Of a stretch of 64,000 bases of DNA, positions 44,034 through 56,437 are shown piece after piece. The translations under genes were made by a program, and so were the position numbers. The notes beneath the pieces were generated by a model. The model did no database searches, was not told where the DNA came from, and saw only the letters and a list, made by a program, of their open reading frames with translations. Source of the DNA: Epithemia pelagica (taxonomy: Eukaryota; Protista; Bacillariophyta); assembly GCA_946965045.2 (NCBI GenBank), contig OX337232.1:1922001-1986000 (forward strand), given 5' to 3'. Every line of letters starts with the position of its first letter. Positions within the stretch are counted from its first letter, which is position 1.

Positions 44034-47000
44034 ATGGAAGCGACACCTCCCAAGACACCGTTTACTCCTCCTGAGGACAAGTCAAGTCATATAACCAACC
44101 AAGACCTCTTCAACCATATAACTAAAGGCATCTTTGGTTGTAATGATGAACGAGCCCAATCACTTCAAAAGTGGATGCGACATCATGGTTTTGAACATAT
44201 CCTTCATGTCCTCGATCATGTTGCAACTGATCCCGAGGAGACACTCAAGGATCTCATGCAATACAAGGTTGGAAAACAAGTCAACGACCTACAGACAAGT
44301 ACAAGATTACAACTCAAACTAATGGCATATTGGTTACTACGACAACGGCAACTCCAACATGGAAAACTACCCCGTGCTACATGGATGAACCTCACGAGGG
44401 ACCAATATGACGATTGGAGGATCAACACCGACTTTACCAAGTCTGGTATGAACCAAGACCCAGTTTCTCCTCTGAAATCACCTGCACACTCCGTATCATC
44501 CCGATCTCCCACTACATCCTCTACAACATCTCAATCCATGTTAGATCTCTCTGCTTTCAAGAAAGGAACCAAAAGAGATGCAACAGCATTTGAATCATTC
44601 AAAGACGAACGATACTTTGATTCGTTTTGGCGTGTATTCAAATCAACTGCGAAAGCACAAGGATTGTCGAATGTTCTTGATTTCGATTACAAGGTACCCA
44701 AGGATGACGAATGCGCAGAGTTACTTTTCCGAGAACAACAAGTCTTTGTCTATTCTGTACTTGTACGTATTATCCAAACCGACCAAGGAAGAGCATATGT
44801 TCGAGAACATGAACATGATGAAGATGCAAGAGCCGTCTTGAAGAAACTCCATGTTCTACACACTGAATCTGATCTAGCTAAGCGAGAAGTGTTACGCCTA
44901 ACAAGCTACATTTCGAATCTTCGACTGGATGACTCTTGGCGTGGTACAACTCGTCAGTTTCTCCTACATTTTCAAGAACAGCTACGACTTCTGGATAACC
45001 TTGTACCACTGTCGGATCGTATCCATGACCATACAAGGATGACCTTCCTTATGCAAGCTGTTGAAAAGGTACCTGATTTAAGACGAGTCAAGATCTTGGA
45101 TAACGTTGTCAACACAAAATCTGGAGCCAAGTCTCTCTGTTATCAATCATATTTCCGCCTGCTTCTTGATGCTGCTTTTGACCATGACCAAGCTACCCGA
45201 ACTTCTGCGTCTAACCGCCGTCGTCATGTAAAGCAACATGAATTTCAGTTGGATGAACCTTTTGAACCAGTGGAGCCCCCTGACTACCAGATCAACAACA
45301 CGAATATCCAACCCGAAAAGTCCCCAACTTCGTCGAAAATCAGCCTTCCAAGAGATGTATGGTTTAAACTCTCTGAAGAGGATCGGCAAATCATTGTCAA
45401 CTTCAATAAATCCGTCCAAGATTCCCCGACAACTCCACGCAAGGTCCAAACACATTCTCTTGACATTGATCCTGAACCGGACCCTGATCCTGATGCCAAC
45501 AACATTGGTGATACCCATCAAGATGCACCAGAACAAGATCCATTCGATACATCCTCTGATCCGGTTACCCAGTTCGTACACCAGGCTATTGCATCGACAG
45601 ATATCAATCATCCAGCATCTGACCTCAGCAACATCTTGTCAACTTCTACGACAAAGTCAAGTCCTAAAGTCAAGTTCAAGTCTTCTGCTGATCACAAGCA
45701 AAAGGTTCATATATCACGATATCTATTCTCCCGCAAATCCACCTTTTCTGGTAATCAACTCATCGATCGAGGTGCCAATGGAGGCCTTGCAGGATCTGAC
45801 ATGCGTATCCTTGCCAAAACCGGACGTCATATTACCATCGTAGGTATTGACAATCATGAATTGACTGGCCTTCCAGTTGTTACCTGTGCTGCCAAGTTTG
45901 ATACAAGTGATGGACCCATTATTGGTATCTTCAATGAGTATGCCCACTATGGAAAGGGTTTATCTATCCATGCCCCAGCGCAATTTGAACATTTCGGCCT
46001 ATCTGTCGACGAACGATCCGTCAAGGTTGATGGCAAACAACGCATTACTACCCTTGATGGACGCGCATTGCCCTTACGAATCAAGGATGGCCTTGCATAC
46101 ATTCAATCTCTGGGAATCCCTTCTGATGACGATATGGATAAATATCCGCATATTGTGTTCACTTCACCCCATATCTGGGATCCTTCTGTACTTGACCATA
46201 CCCATCCAGACCCCCATCAAGACCCTGCACCGAACTGGACATCTGTGGAGACTGATGGTAGTATGGAAATGTACCCCTATGACCAATATGGGGAGTATAC
46301 CGATCGCGTTGTATGCACTTTGAATCTCCTCCTTGATCTCCCATATGATCATGGCCCCGATACACCTTCCTTCTTTTCCATCTATGCTGATCAAGATGGC
46401 AACGACCCCACACTTCATGCGTCTGTCCACAAACTCTACTAGGAACAATACGACTGGAAGAAATTTCGCCCTTTCTTTGGGTGGCAATCGGAAGACGTAA
46501 TCGCCGATACGTTCAAGCATACAACTCGTCATGGACACATTTCCTTTGACCAGGATACCTTGAAGAAACACTTTAAGGCCCGGAATCCTATCCTTAACCT
46601 ACCACGACGGCATGAACCCGTTGCCACTGACTCCATCTTCTCCGACACCCCGGCTGTTAACCATGGTGGCAAGATTGCTCAGATTTTTGTTGGTCGTGAT
46701 ACTTTGGTTACTGACATTTATGGTATCAAGTCTACCAAGCAATTCGTCAATACCCTCCAGGATAACATTCGTACACGTGGTGTCATGGAGACTTTGATCA
46801 GTGATGGTGGTTCGTCACTTATTTCCCACAAGGTCAAGGATATTCTTCGCACCCTTCTGATTGGTGAATACCGTTCCGAGCCCTATCATCAACACCAGAA
46901 CAAAGCTGAGAACCGCTACCAGACCGTTAAGCGTATGACCAATGCTATCATGAATGCCTCTGGTTGCCCTGCTTCTGCATGGTTACTTTGTTTAGAATAT

Positions 47001-49716
47001 GTGTGTGACCTCCTCAATCACACTTCCTCTCCCACCCACTCTGGCCGCACCCCTCTTGAGGCTCTTACCGGTACCCCACCCGACATTACCCATCTCCTTT
47101 TCTTTCCTTTCTGGGATGAGGTCTACTATCGTGTCGACCCTTCTGAACCTACCTCCGGTTCTTACCCTTCGTCTCCCGACGAGAAGATTGGCCACTGGGT
47201 TGGTTTTGCCCACAATGTTGGTGATGCCTTTACTTGGAAGATCCTCACTGCCGACAACGTCATCATCTACCGTTCCGCTGTCTGTCGCGTTGCCTCCACT
47301 ACCCCCAACCTTCGTGTGGATATCTCTTCAGGGGAGGAGTTGCCGCATAAACCCACTGACAAGCAAGGTGACACTGTCTTTATTCGCAGCAGAAGTGAAG
47401 ACCCATCCACACCTATGCCAACAATTGACTACGACGATTTAGTTGGACGCACATTCCTTTGTGACACTGAAGAGAATGGGGAGCGCCACCGAGCACGAGT
47501 AATCAAACGAGTTGTCGACCTGGAACAAGATGCAACCAAACAAGAAGATCGACTCAAATATATCTTTTGCAAGTCTAACTCCAATGTTGATGAGATGATC
47601 TCCTACAACCAGCTCATGGAATACATTGAAAGGGATAATCAAGCCCAAACGACAGGGGATAGTCTCTTCCGATTCAGAGACGTTATTGCACACCAAGGAC
47701 CTTTGAACTCAAGCGACCCAGACTATAAAGGGAGTAAATATAATGTCCTTGTTGATTGGGAGACTGGGGAAACGACATACGAACCTCTGTCTCTTATTGC
47801 AAATGATGACCCCATCACAGTCGCCATCTATGCCAAGAAAAATGGTTTGCTGGATCTACCTGGATGGAAACATCTCAAGCAATACGTCAAGACAAGCAAA
47901 AGACTCATTCGAGCAGCTAAACAATCCAGGATCAAACAAGTTCGTCGCTCTATCAAGTACAAGTTTGGTTTCCAAGTACCTCGCACCTATGAAGAAGCAG
48001 TGGAACTAGACAAGCAATTTGGGAACACGAAATGGCAAGACGCAACAGAATTGGAACTCTCACAGATCCAATCGTATAACACTTTCAAGGACCATGGAAA
48101 AGCCAAGTTCATTAATGGAAAATTGGCCAATGCACCAGAAGGATATCATAAGATAAGAGTACATCTGGTCTTTGATGTCAAGCATGACGGAAGGCACAAG
48201 GCACGACTTGTCGCAGATGGACATCTCACCAAGGAACCCGTTGAGACCATCTATTCAGGGGTTGTCTCCATTCGCAACCTTCGCATTGCCATATTTCTTG
48301 GAACCATGAACGACATGGAAATATGGGGAGCAGATATTGGGAACGCATACCTAGAAGCATTGACAGGAGAGAAGATTTTCATCATTGCAGGACCAGAGTT
48401 CAAGGAGTTAGAAGGACATATCTTGATCATCTACAAGGCATTATATGGTCTCAAATCCTCAGGTGCTCGCTGGCATGACAAACTGTTTGATGTTCTCATT
48501 GATATGGGATTTTCTCCAAGCAAGGCTGACCCTGATATTTGGATGAAGAAGGCTCCTGGAGAAGACTGTTATGAATATATTGCTGTATATGTTGATGACT
48601 TAGCTATCGTTGCCATGGACCCTGAAGCTGTCTGCAAGATCTTTACAGAAAAATACAACTTCAAACTCAAAGGAGTCGGACCTATCGAGTATCATTTGGG
48701 GTGTCGTTATACCAAAGATCCAGACGGTACACTTGTGTCTGACCCACGAAGGTACATCGAGAAGATGATCGATACCTATGAACGATTGTTCAATGAGAAA
48801 CCCAAGAAAGCAAAGCCGCCAGTCATTGCTAACGATCATCCTGAACTCGATGACTCTGAGCTCTTAGATGAAGAAGGGACCCAGCATTTCCAGACTCTTA
48901 TTGGACAACTGCAATGGCTAATTACCATTGGCCGTTTTGATGTCTTTCCTGCTACCATGACTCTATCAAGGTTCAGAGCTGCTCCAAGGATTGGTCATTT
49001 GAAGCGAGCTAAACGCATCTATGGATACCTCATGTCATTTCCTGATGGGTCTATCAGATTCCGCACTGGGGAAGCCAGATTTATCAGCTTTACCTATCCA
49101 AGAATACGATTGGAGTCGTACCGTATACATGGACGCCAAGGAACGTATCCCTGAGGACTGTCCAACCCCACTTGGGCGTTTTGTGACAACTATACATTAT
49201 GTCGACGCAAATCTCATGCATGATACGGTTACTGGGAAAGCAGTTACAGCTATCCTGCATTTTGTAAATGGTACACCCGTGGACTGGTACAGTAAGCAAC
49301 AAGCCACAGTGGAAACAGCCACGTATGGATCTGAATTTGTTGCCGCAAGGACTGCAGTTGATCAGATCACGGAGCTACGCCTTACACTCCGATACTTGGG
49401 AGTCCCTCTGCGAGAGAAGAGTTACATGTTTGGAGATAACCGCTCTGTCGTTATCAATAGCACCACACCACACTCAATCATCTCCAAGAGGCACCATCTC
49501 CTATCCTATCACCGAGTCCGTGAAGCTATCGCTGCAAAGTACGTCGCATTCTACTGGAAAGATGGAAAGACAAACCCAGCTGATATCCTCAGTAAACATT
49601 GGGAATTCGCCGCAGTTTGGCCCATGCTCAGATCTTTGTTATTCTGGAGAGGAAAAATCCAGGAAAGTGATGAGGGAATTGACAATCCTCATTCGACGAA
49701 TTGTGGGGAGTGTTAG
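44034..49716 (+). pseudogene. Copia-2 gag-pol with in-frame TAG (46440-46442) and +1 frameshift near 49072
   Basis: Same PR/IN/RT/RH motifs as Copia-1, which has CAG at the stop position. GGGGAAGCCAGAT vs Copia-1 GGAGAGCCTGAT shows one extra base. Confidence 0.92.
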
Positions 49717-50468
49717 GATTCTCACCAAAAACTAGGTGGCGAAACCTACAACTCATCGAATGATGCTAGTATTTTATGGCATCCGATGACATTTTCCTAA
49801 AAATGAGAAAAGAATGTCGGCATGCTCGCGAAACTATAAATTTGGCCACGGCATGCTCGCAGTGCACGCGTTATCGGCGACCGCTCGGATATTAACTATG
49901 GCCCAACACGTGCGCGCCCAAAACTATCAAGTGCGCGCCTCTACTATCCGAGTACCCGCATCCACGATTCGACCTAACGGTCTATGTAATCAAAGCACGA
50001 ATCACGATCACGCGAGACCATATCTCTGATCCCACAAATCCAAGAATGCAAACAGCAACGCGCCCAGGACAAGACTTATACCGCGACAAAGCAAGAGCTG
50101 TTGCATCCCATACATGTTATCCATCACCCTATACATTCAATATACACCAATGCCGGTCCACTCCAACCAGTGAGGACCTATCACACCAGATCCATGGCCG
50201 TATACAAGAGCCAGGACTTCGGCACCATCAACCACCTTAGTTACTAATCGTCTCACAATCATTAATATCACCATTTTAACACTCATCTTAAGACTAACCT
50301 CTTATCAGTGGACCGACTGCCCCCACCCACGGCGGACTTCGACTTGCAACTCTTCTCTGACCCGTGGAGGATTGTTGTATCGGTTGGTGATTCGATTGTC
50401 GGCTCAGCGAGCCTTTTACCTATCCTACCTATCTGTCTAACCCCTGTTGAATTGAGAGAAGTTTATCA
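49711..50468 (+). repeat. Copia-2 3' LTR
   Basis: Preceded by PPT TTGTGGGGAG (49701-49710) and followed by TSD AGCTT. Confidence 0.97.
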
Positions 50469-50770
50469 AGCTTCTCGCAGCTGCGGCAGAACATAGATAT
50501 GGAAGGTATGCAAGAATGGGTGAAAAATTCCCAGAATCATTTGAGGATGACAACAACCACCCAGGATGGCCAGCACAAACAGACTTGACTCTTCGAAGTA
50601 TTGAACGGCAATTTGGGGATTATCCGAGAGTTGACAAGTACAACCTTGCCACCTTAACAGCAGTCTTCAGCAAAAGTGAAGGTGATGGAAAGTTGGACCT
50701 GCCCACGATCATGTCAGCTTTCCATTGCTAGATAGTCTTGGTAACTTCCTACTTCCCATATAGATTATGT

Positions 50771-52260
50771 TTTTGTCCCCACTTTTCTTGCTTTTTATTT
50801 CGTGCAATGTGTCCCCACTTATCTTGCTGTTCTCTGCTTCATACACTCGGCTCACGTTTTGTCCCCACTTTTCTTGCTTTTTATTTCGTGCAATGTGTCC
50901 CCACTTATCTTGCTGTTCTCTGCTTCATACACTCGGCTCACATTTTGTCCCCACTTTTCTTGCTTTTTATTTCGTGCAATGTGTCCCCACTTTTCTTGCT
51001 GTTCTCTGCTTCATACACTCGGCTCACGTTTTGTCCCCACTTCTCTTGCTTTTTATTTCGTGCAATGTGTCCCCACTTATCTTGCTGTTCTCTGCTTCAT
51101 ACACTCGGCTCACGTTTTGTCCCCACTTTTCTTGCTTTTTATTTCGTGCAATGTGTCCCCACTTATCTTGCTGTTCTCTGCTTCATACACTCGGCTCACG
51201 TTTTGTCCCCACTTTTCTTGCTTTTTACTTCATGCAATGTGTCCCCACTTTTCTTGCTGTTCTCTTCTTCATACACTCGGCTCACGTTTTGTCCCCACTT
51301 TTCTTGCTTTTTACTTCATGCAATGTGTCCCCACTTTTCTTGCTGTTCTCTGCTTCATACACTCGGCTCACGTTTTGTCCCCACTTTTCTTGCTTTTTAT
51401 TTCGTGCAATGTGTCCCCACTTATCTTGCTGTTCTCTGCTTCATACACTCGGCTCACGTTTTGTCCCCACTTTTCTTGCTTTTTATTTCGTGCAATGTGT
51501 CCCCACTTATCTTGCTGTTCTCTGCTTCATACACTCGGCTCACGTTTTGTCCCCACTTTTCTTGCTTTTTACTTCATGCAATGTGTCCCCACTTTTCTTG
51601 CTGTTCTCTGCTTCATACACTCGGCTCACGTTTTGTCCCCACTTTTCTTGCTTTTTATTTCATGCAATGTGTCCCCACTTTTCTTGCTGTTCTCTGCTTC
51701 ATACACTCGGCTCACGTTTTGTCCCCACTTTTCTTGCTTTTTATTTCGTGCAATGTGTCCCCACTTATCTTGCTGTTCTCTGCTTCATACACTCGGCTCA
51801 CGTTTTGTCCCCACTTTTCTTGCTTTTTACTTCATGCAATGTGTCCCCACTTTTCTTGCTGTTCTCTGCTTCATACACTCGGCTCACGTTTTGTCCCCAC
51901 TTTTCTTGCTTTTTATTTCGTGCAATGTGTCCCCACTTATCTTGCTGTTCTCTGCTTCATACACTCGGCTCACGTTTTGTCCCCACTTTTCTTGCTTTTT
52001 ATTTCGTGCAATGTGTCCCCACTTATCTTGCTGTTCTCTGCTTCATACACTCGGCTCACGTTTTGTCCCCACTTTTCTTGCTTTTTACTTCATGCAATGT
52101 GTCCCCACTTTTCTTGCTGTTCTCTGCTTCATACACTCGGCTCACGTTTTGTCCCCACTTTTCTTGCTTTTTACTTCATGCAATGTGTCCCCACTTTTCT
52201 TGCTGTTCTCTGCTTCACACTTCACACACTCGACTCACATGTTGTCCCTACTTTTCTTGC
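50771..52260. repeat. 86-bp tandem satellite, 17 full units plus one degenerate partial unit, inside hAT element E
   Basis: GTCCCCAC anchor at 50775, 50861, 50947 ... 52151 (exact 86-bp steps). Each unit has two TGTCCCCACTTwTCTTGCT sub-repeats (36+50 bp). Confidence 0.97.
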
Positions 52261-52972
52261 AATCCCCTAGCTGGCTGTCTAGGGTTGCTGGCTCCTAGGT
52301 AGCTGGCTGTCTAGGGATAGGGTTATTGCTTCTCCGTACAAAAACACGGAGAGATTTTAGACCCTGTTTTAGACATTTTGAGACAGTCTAAAAGCTTTTT
52401 TAGATTTATTTTAGACCCGAAATATTTTAGACAGTCTAAACGGTCACCCTGATATGCCGGTGTTTCCGCCATCTGTCTTTTGCCGTCTCTCGATGATATA
52501 CAATACAGCGAAATGAGCCTTCTACACTAGTGTACTGCAGAGCCAGAGAGTAACCAGTCACTTCATTCCCCGCGTGAGCTCCACTTCAGGAGCGCAAAGC
52601 TCAATTATTCAGTCTTCGAAAAAGATCAATAGGTATAATCGTCACGCTCGAAAGTGACTTCTTAGCGGTCACGAGAACATGTTTTACGAGACCTTCCGCG
52701 AACATCTCTATCTTTTCTTCTTGGATCTGTGATGGGAGAGCTGGTCGGCACCTCATGAGTTGATGGGTGGCAATAATACTACGGATATGAAAACTTACTC
52801 CACCTGATTGTGCTAGCGATGGCATCCGCTTCTCAACAGGACACTATCGTCCAGACTAATAAAGAGTATTCGAATCTCTACGACTGACAAATACCTCACG
52901 ATACGGTTTCTTGCTGTGTTATTCAGAAAAAGGATGAGTCCTGAAGGTCCATGCACTCTTCTGTTTGGGGAG

Positions 52973-55900
52973 CTAGAACCAGTAATTGACACTAACAGAT
53001 GTGGAAAGTGACCGCACATAGTGCCACCAGCGAGATGGAATAAATAAGGCATCGCCTGGGCCGAGTACAAGAACTTCCAGAAATTCTGCGTCTTTTGTTA
53101 ATGGATGGGTGGACCAGTTCTCTTCTTCACAATCCACTTGGCTCATGTTGCCCTGTGCTGCATACCCGGACGATTTCTTCTCTGAAACGTACAGATACGG
53201 CGATTGGTCCGGTCTGTAAAGGCGAATATACTTGGCACCTACCACTTGAACCAAAATGTTATCGTAACTGTCGTAGTGCAATGGTGTCCGTGTTCCTCCA
53301 GTTCCTATCCAAACATTTACATGCTGCGGCCCATCGGGTCCGCAAAGTGTAGGTTTCATATCCAAGGCTTGCCTCATTGACGGTATCTGATCCAATAATG
53401 GATGTTGCGCAAGGTATGCAACTTCTTCCGTGCGATCTTCAGCTGAGACATCAGCAAGACTCCACGTTCCTTTCTTCATACTGGGTTCTAGATACCGATC
53501 GACTAGAACTCGTAATGTCGTGACTTGCTCCTTCATCCCTTGGGACTCTGAACTAGTTCCAATCATTGATCCAAGCTCTAATGGAACAGCACGGTGGCCG
53601 TGATCTCGAGACAGAAACTGCATGTCCCGCCATTCGTGGCATGCTGGCCAGTTTGCAGCAAAGTTCCGTAGAACAAGTGGTTGGGATGTCCTCACATGGC
53701 TCTTCAGAAAGCTATCCAGTGAAGGAGCAGACACACGACAATCGAGTTCGTCACACTGAGTTCCTAACGGCATCGGAGGTAATACTTCCTGGAATTGCTC
53801 CTTAGTCGGTACCTTGGACAAGAAGTCGCCTCGTCTTCTTACCGCGTTGTATGGACCCTTTGCTCTCTCGTTGCCATGCTGTTCGACGTACGAAATAAAG
53901 CCTTGCAGTTGTGCGTGCCACCTGGGGAGACCCAGTATCAGGGCCTTGTCAAGGAAGTTTATGGCTTCCAGGTGACGACATTCGTGCGCTAATCCCGCAG
54001 CAGCAGTAAGGCAAGCACACCAATAGGCTTGTCGCTGCCAGGCTGTGGACCATGAACCTCGATGTACCAATTGATTGTATAAAATATTCTCCAAGTCAGT
54101 GCCAACAATTCGACACATGGCAAAATCCCCTTTCAACATACCATTCTTGGAACATTTTTCGAGAAGATCATACTGTACCTTCAGATTGGATCCATCCTCG
54201 ATTTCGCCTAAGGACCACTGGCAAGTGAGTTCATGAAAAGTTTGAACCACAAACGCCGATACACGAGTGTGAAACAATTTAGGCACTGCTCCAAATTTGG
54301 AATGATTTGAAACACTATCCAAACGTTCGACGCGCTGCTGTAAATTGGATATCCCTTTATCTTCCTGGTCATTTGATGATTCGTCATTCGATACGATTCC
54401 TTCTTCATCAATGGGGGAATCCTCTTCGTCGTCGCCAAACGGATTCTCGTCATCCCATAGAGGTTCTTTATTATGAACTTCCGGAGTAGATGCCCCTGTC
54501 TCATCCGTCCCTTTACCATTTTCCTTCTTCGGCTCCTCGTCACGGCACTTTTGACATCGACAAACAAACCCATAATGAGAAAGCGCCCGCTGACGTTCAT
54601 GATACGAACCAGTTGCATTGATATACGAAATGGTTAACTCTTCCTGGGCCTGAATATCTCTCAAGGCAATCGCATAAGCAGTCAGAGGATGATTCGATCC
54701 CCATCCTTTGCATGGTTTGTACAAAATGATTATGTTTGGGTCACAGGAATGATTCATTTTGCACGCTGTTGAGTACATGGCAGTTCCATCGAGAGGTATG
54801 AATACTTCGTCAAGATCATCTCCTGGCGACGTATCACCTCCACTGTCATGGCTTACGCTCTCGTCACTCTCATCTACGGCTTGCCTAGGCGTAGAAGTTG
54901 CATCTGGCGCCAACGCAACCTCGTCACGCACTGTTCCTTCTTCATCAATAAACAGCTCATTTGCAAGGTAATTGGCAATCTCGTCCACTGTGTAGTCGTC
55001 GTCTTCTTCTTCTTCTTCCTTTGACGCGTGCACGGTAACTTTCTCAGGTTTGTGCAACGGATGGCGCTCATCTGTTTCGTCACCGGGTGGTCGTAATTGA
55101 GCTTCCTCCTTCGGCGAGGCGTCTCCAGCAACATTTATCTCATCCTTCCAACCATCTTGATCGTCGCCACTGGAGTCTTTGTCCTTCTCTTCTTCGTCAT
55201 TATTACTCCCAATGAATCCGGCTTCCTGCAAGCAGGCGACAATTTCGTCTTTGCGTCGTTCCAACAATGGTCGGTCGGCTTCCAAAATGGACCGACACAA
55301 GGCATGGCGTTGTCGAATTCCAATGGCATTTTGTTCACATGACCCAATGCGTTTGGCAATATCCAACGCTGAGATTGGAGGTGGCAGACAAGCACAAGTC
55401 TGGTCATGACTGTGTTCTGGAGACCAGGCTTGTTGCAACAACTCTGACGCTGTTTCACAAATTTCGTGTAAGGACTGTTGCAAGGACGAGGTACCGGGTC
55501 TATTGGATGTCGAAACATCAGATTGGCCATTGTTCTGGTCTTGTTGTTGACCCTCATCTTGTTCCTCTTGCGCTACAACATCCCACCATGGATTCATGAG
55601 AAAATCTTCATACATTGTATCAGACGATGGATTGCTCGTGTTTGTCGGCTCTTGCAATGAATGGCTGTTAAACTGCGCACCGCAATGTTGTGCCACCCAC
55701 CATTCTGCCACCAAGAGAAGAATTTCATTGGTCTCTGTAGCAAAGCGCTTGAACTGAACCAAGGGGTGTTGATCGGAGGTACAATGCCCGGTACACAAAT
55801 GTCGGTGGAATCCATGCCAGGCATCATCTTCACACTCTTTGGAACAATAGAGAAATCCACATTTGTGTCGACAGGGGACAACTGTAAAAGATGAACCAGA

Positions 55901-56254
55901 CAAGGATGAGTTCAAGGATTCTTTCTCTGGATCTTGTAGAGTTGATGATATTTGTCGCGGATCCTGTGATTCTCGTTCCTCAAGGTTTGTTGCTGAAGGA
56001 AACCGATGAAGGAGTGCATAGTCTGGTCCACCCAGAAACGCTTTGCAACAGTGACAAACAGAAACATAACGTTGATTGTCTAAACTTTGCAAGGCTAGCA
56101 ACGGTCGTTCGCAAAATACTAAACGACCCTTTTCCATAGCCTTCGTGGCCACCAAGTGACGCCCACGGTCGCCGCCGGGTGTCGTATCGTCACAACGACG
56201 ATACAACAAACTGGGTGTCCCCACCGGTTTACAACGAGCATCCTCCAGTGTCAT
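52973..56254 (-). CDS. SET-MYND (SMYD-like) methyltransferase fused to a JMJD5/KDM8-like JmjC dioxygenase, about 1093 aa
   Basis: SET/MYND motifs GRHLVA, CHCC..CRHKC..YCSKEC..H..C, KMNHSCDPN, EELTISY, YGFVCRCQKC. JmjC motifs WPACHEW, YLAQHPL, RTPLHYD, GAKYIRL, LFIPSRWWHYV. No stop between the domains; alternative ATG at 56296. Confidence 0.9.
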   Translation of the reverse strand: MTLEDARCKPVGTPSLLYRRCDDTTPGGDRGRHLVATKAMEKGRLVFCERPLLALQSLDNQRYVSVCHCCKAFLGGPDYALLHRFPSATNLEERESQDPRQISSTLQDPEKESLNSSLSGSSFTVVPCRHKCGFLYCSKECEDDAWHGFHRHLCTGHCTSDQHPLVQFKRFATETNEILLLVAEWWVAQHCGAQFNSHSLQEPTNTSNPSSDTMYEDFLMNPWWDVVAQEEQDEGQQQDQNNGQSDVSTSNRPGTSSLQQSLHEICETASELLQQAWSPEHSHDQTCACLPPPISALDIAKRIGSCEQNAIGIRQRHALCRSILEADRPLLERRKDEIVACLQEAGFIGSNNDEEEKDKDSSGDDQDGWKDEINVAGDASPKEEAQLRPPGDETDERHPLHKPEKVTVHASKEEEEEDDDYTVDEIANYLANELFIDEEGTVRDEVALAPDATSTPRQAVDESDESVSHDSGGDTSPGDDLDEVFIPLDGTAMYSTACKMNHSCDPNIIILYKPCKGWGSNHPLTAYAIALRDIQAQEELTISYINATGSYHERQRALSHYGFVCRCQKCRDEEPKKENGKGTDETGASTPEVHNKEPLWDDENPFGDDEEDSPIDEEGIVSNDESSNDQEDKGISNLQQRVERLDSVSNHSKFGAVPKLFHTRVSAFVVQTFHELTCQWSLGEIEDGSNLKVQYDLLEKCSKNGMLKGDFAMCRIVGTDLENILYNQLVHRGSWSTAWQRQAYWCACLTAAAGLAHECRHLEAINFLDKALILGLPRWHAQLQGFISYVEQHGNERAKGPYNAVRRRGDFLSKVPTKEQFQEVLPPMPLGTQCDELDCRVSAPSLDSFLKSHVRTSQPLVLRNFAANWPACHEWRDMQFLSRDHGHRAVPLELGSMIGTSSESQGMKEQVTTLRVLVDRYLEPSMKKGTWSLADVSAEDRTEEVAYLAQHPLLDQIPSMRQALDMKPTLCGPDGPQHVNVWIGTGGTRTPLHYDSYDNILVQVVGAKYIRLYRPDQSPYLYVSEKKSSGYAAQGNMSQVDCEEENWSTHPLTKDAEFLEVLVLGPGDALFIPSRWWHYVRSLSTSVSVNYWF

Positions 56255-56437
56255 CTTGGAAGATGCCGTCTTCGTTGAGATACGCAACACAAACATCGAT
56301 GGCCAGCGACGACAGACATGCAAAAAATACGCGATCGAACAGACTTGCTTCCGATCAGTCTGACCGTCTGTCGTTTCCCTTCAACGCATCACAGTTTTTG
56401 TTTGTGTTGGGATCACAAATGGGTAAGGCGCCAGAAG

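Larger units (their letters stand above)
42173..50468 (+). mobile_element. Copia-2: full-length Ty1/copia (CoDi-like) LTR retrotransposon, 8296 bp, related to Copia-1
   Basis: 758-bp LTRs at 42173-42930 and 49711-50468 (TG..CA, about 9 differences). TSD AGCTT (42168-42172 / 50469-50473). Confidence 0.97.
39206..50731 (+). pseudogene. hAT transposase (about 1074 aa reconstituted), split near its C-terminus by Copia-2
   Basis: BED-like finger, LPFQLVDSPSF, VVVDS (D), LSDNA (D), CWAH, TRWNS, LHP, EYWR, AERVF (E). 39206-42172 joins 50474-50731 in frame once Copia-2 and one TSD copy are removed. Confidence 0.92.
38930..52451 (+). mobile_element. Element E: hAT DNA transposon (about 5.2 kb without the nested Copia-2)
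   Basis: 11-bp TIR CAGGGTGACCG (38930-38940 / 52441-52451). TSD ATATGCC (38923-38929 / 52452-52458). TTTTAGAC/GTCTAAAA motifs cluster at both ends. Encodes a hAT transposase. Confidence 0.93.

Noticed and set aside
50771-52260. CRISPR-like reading of the 86-bp array or the TCGAAAC arrays
   Set aside because: There are no unique spacers and no cas genes, and the context is eukaryotic with introns.
50738-52302. Three overlapping ORFs of about 500 aa (F/L/C/P/H-rich)
   Set aside because: They arise from the 86-bp satellite: the pyrimidine-rich strand lacks stops, and a non-triplet period cycles through all three frames.
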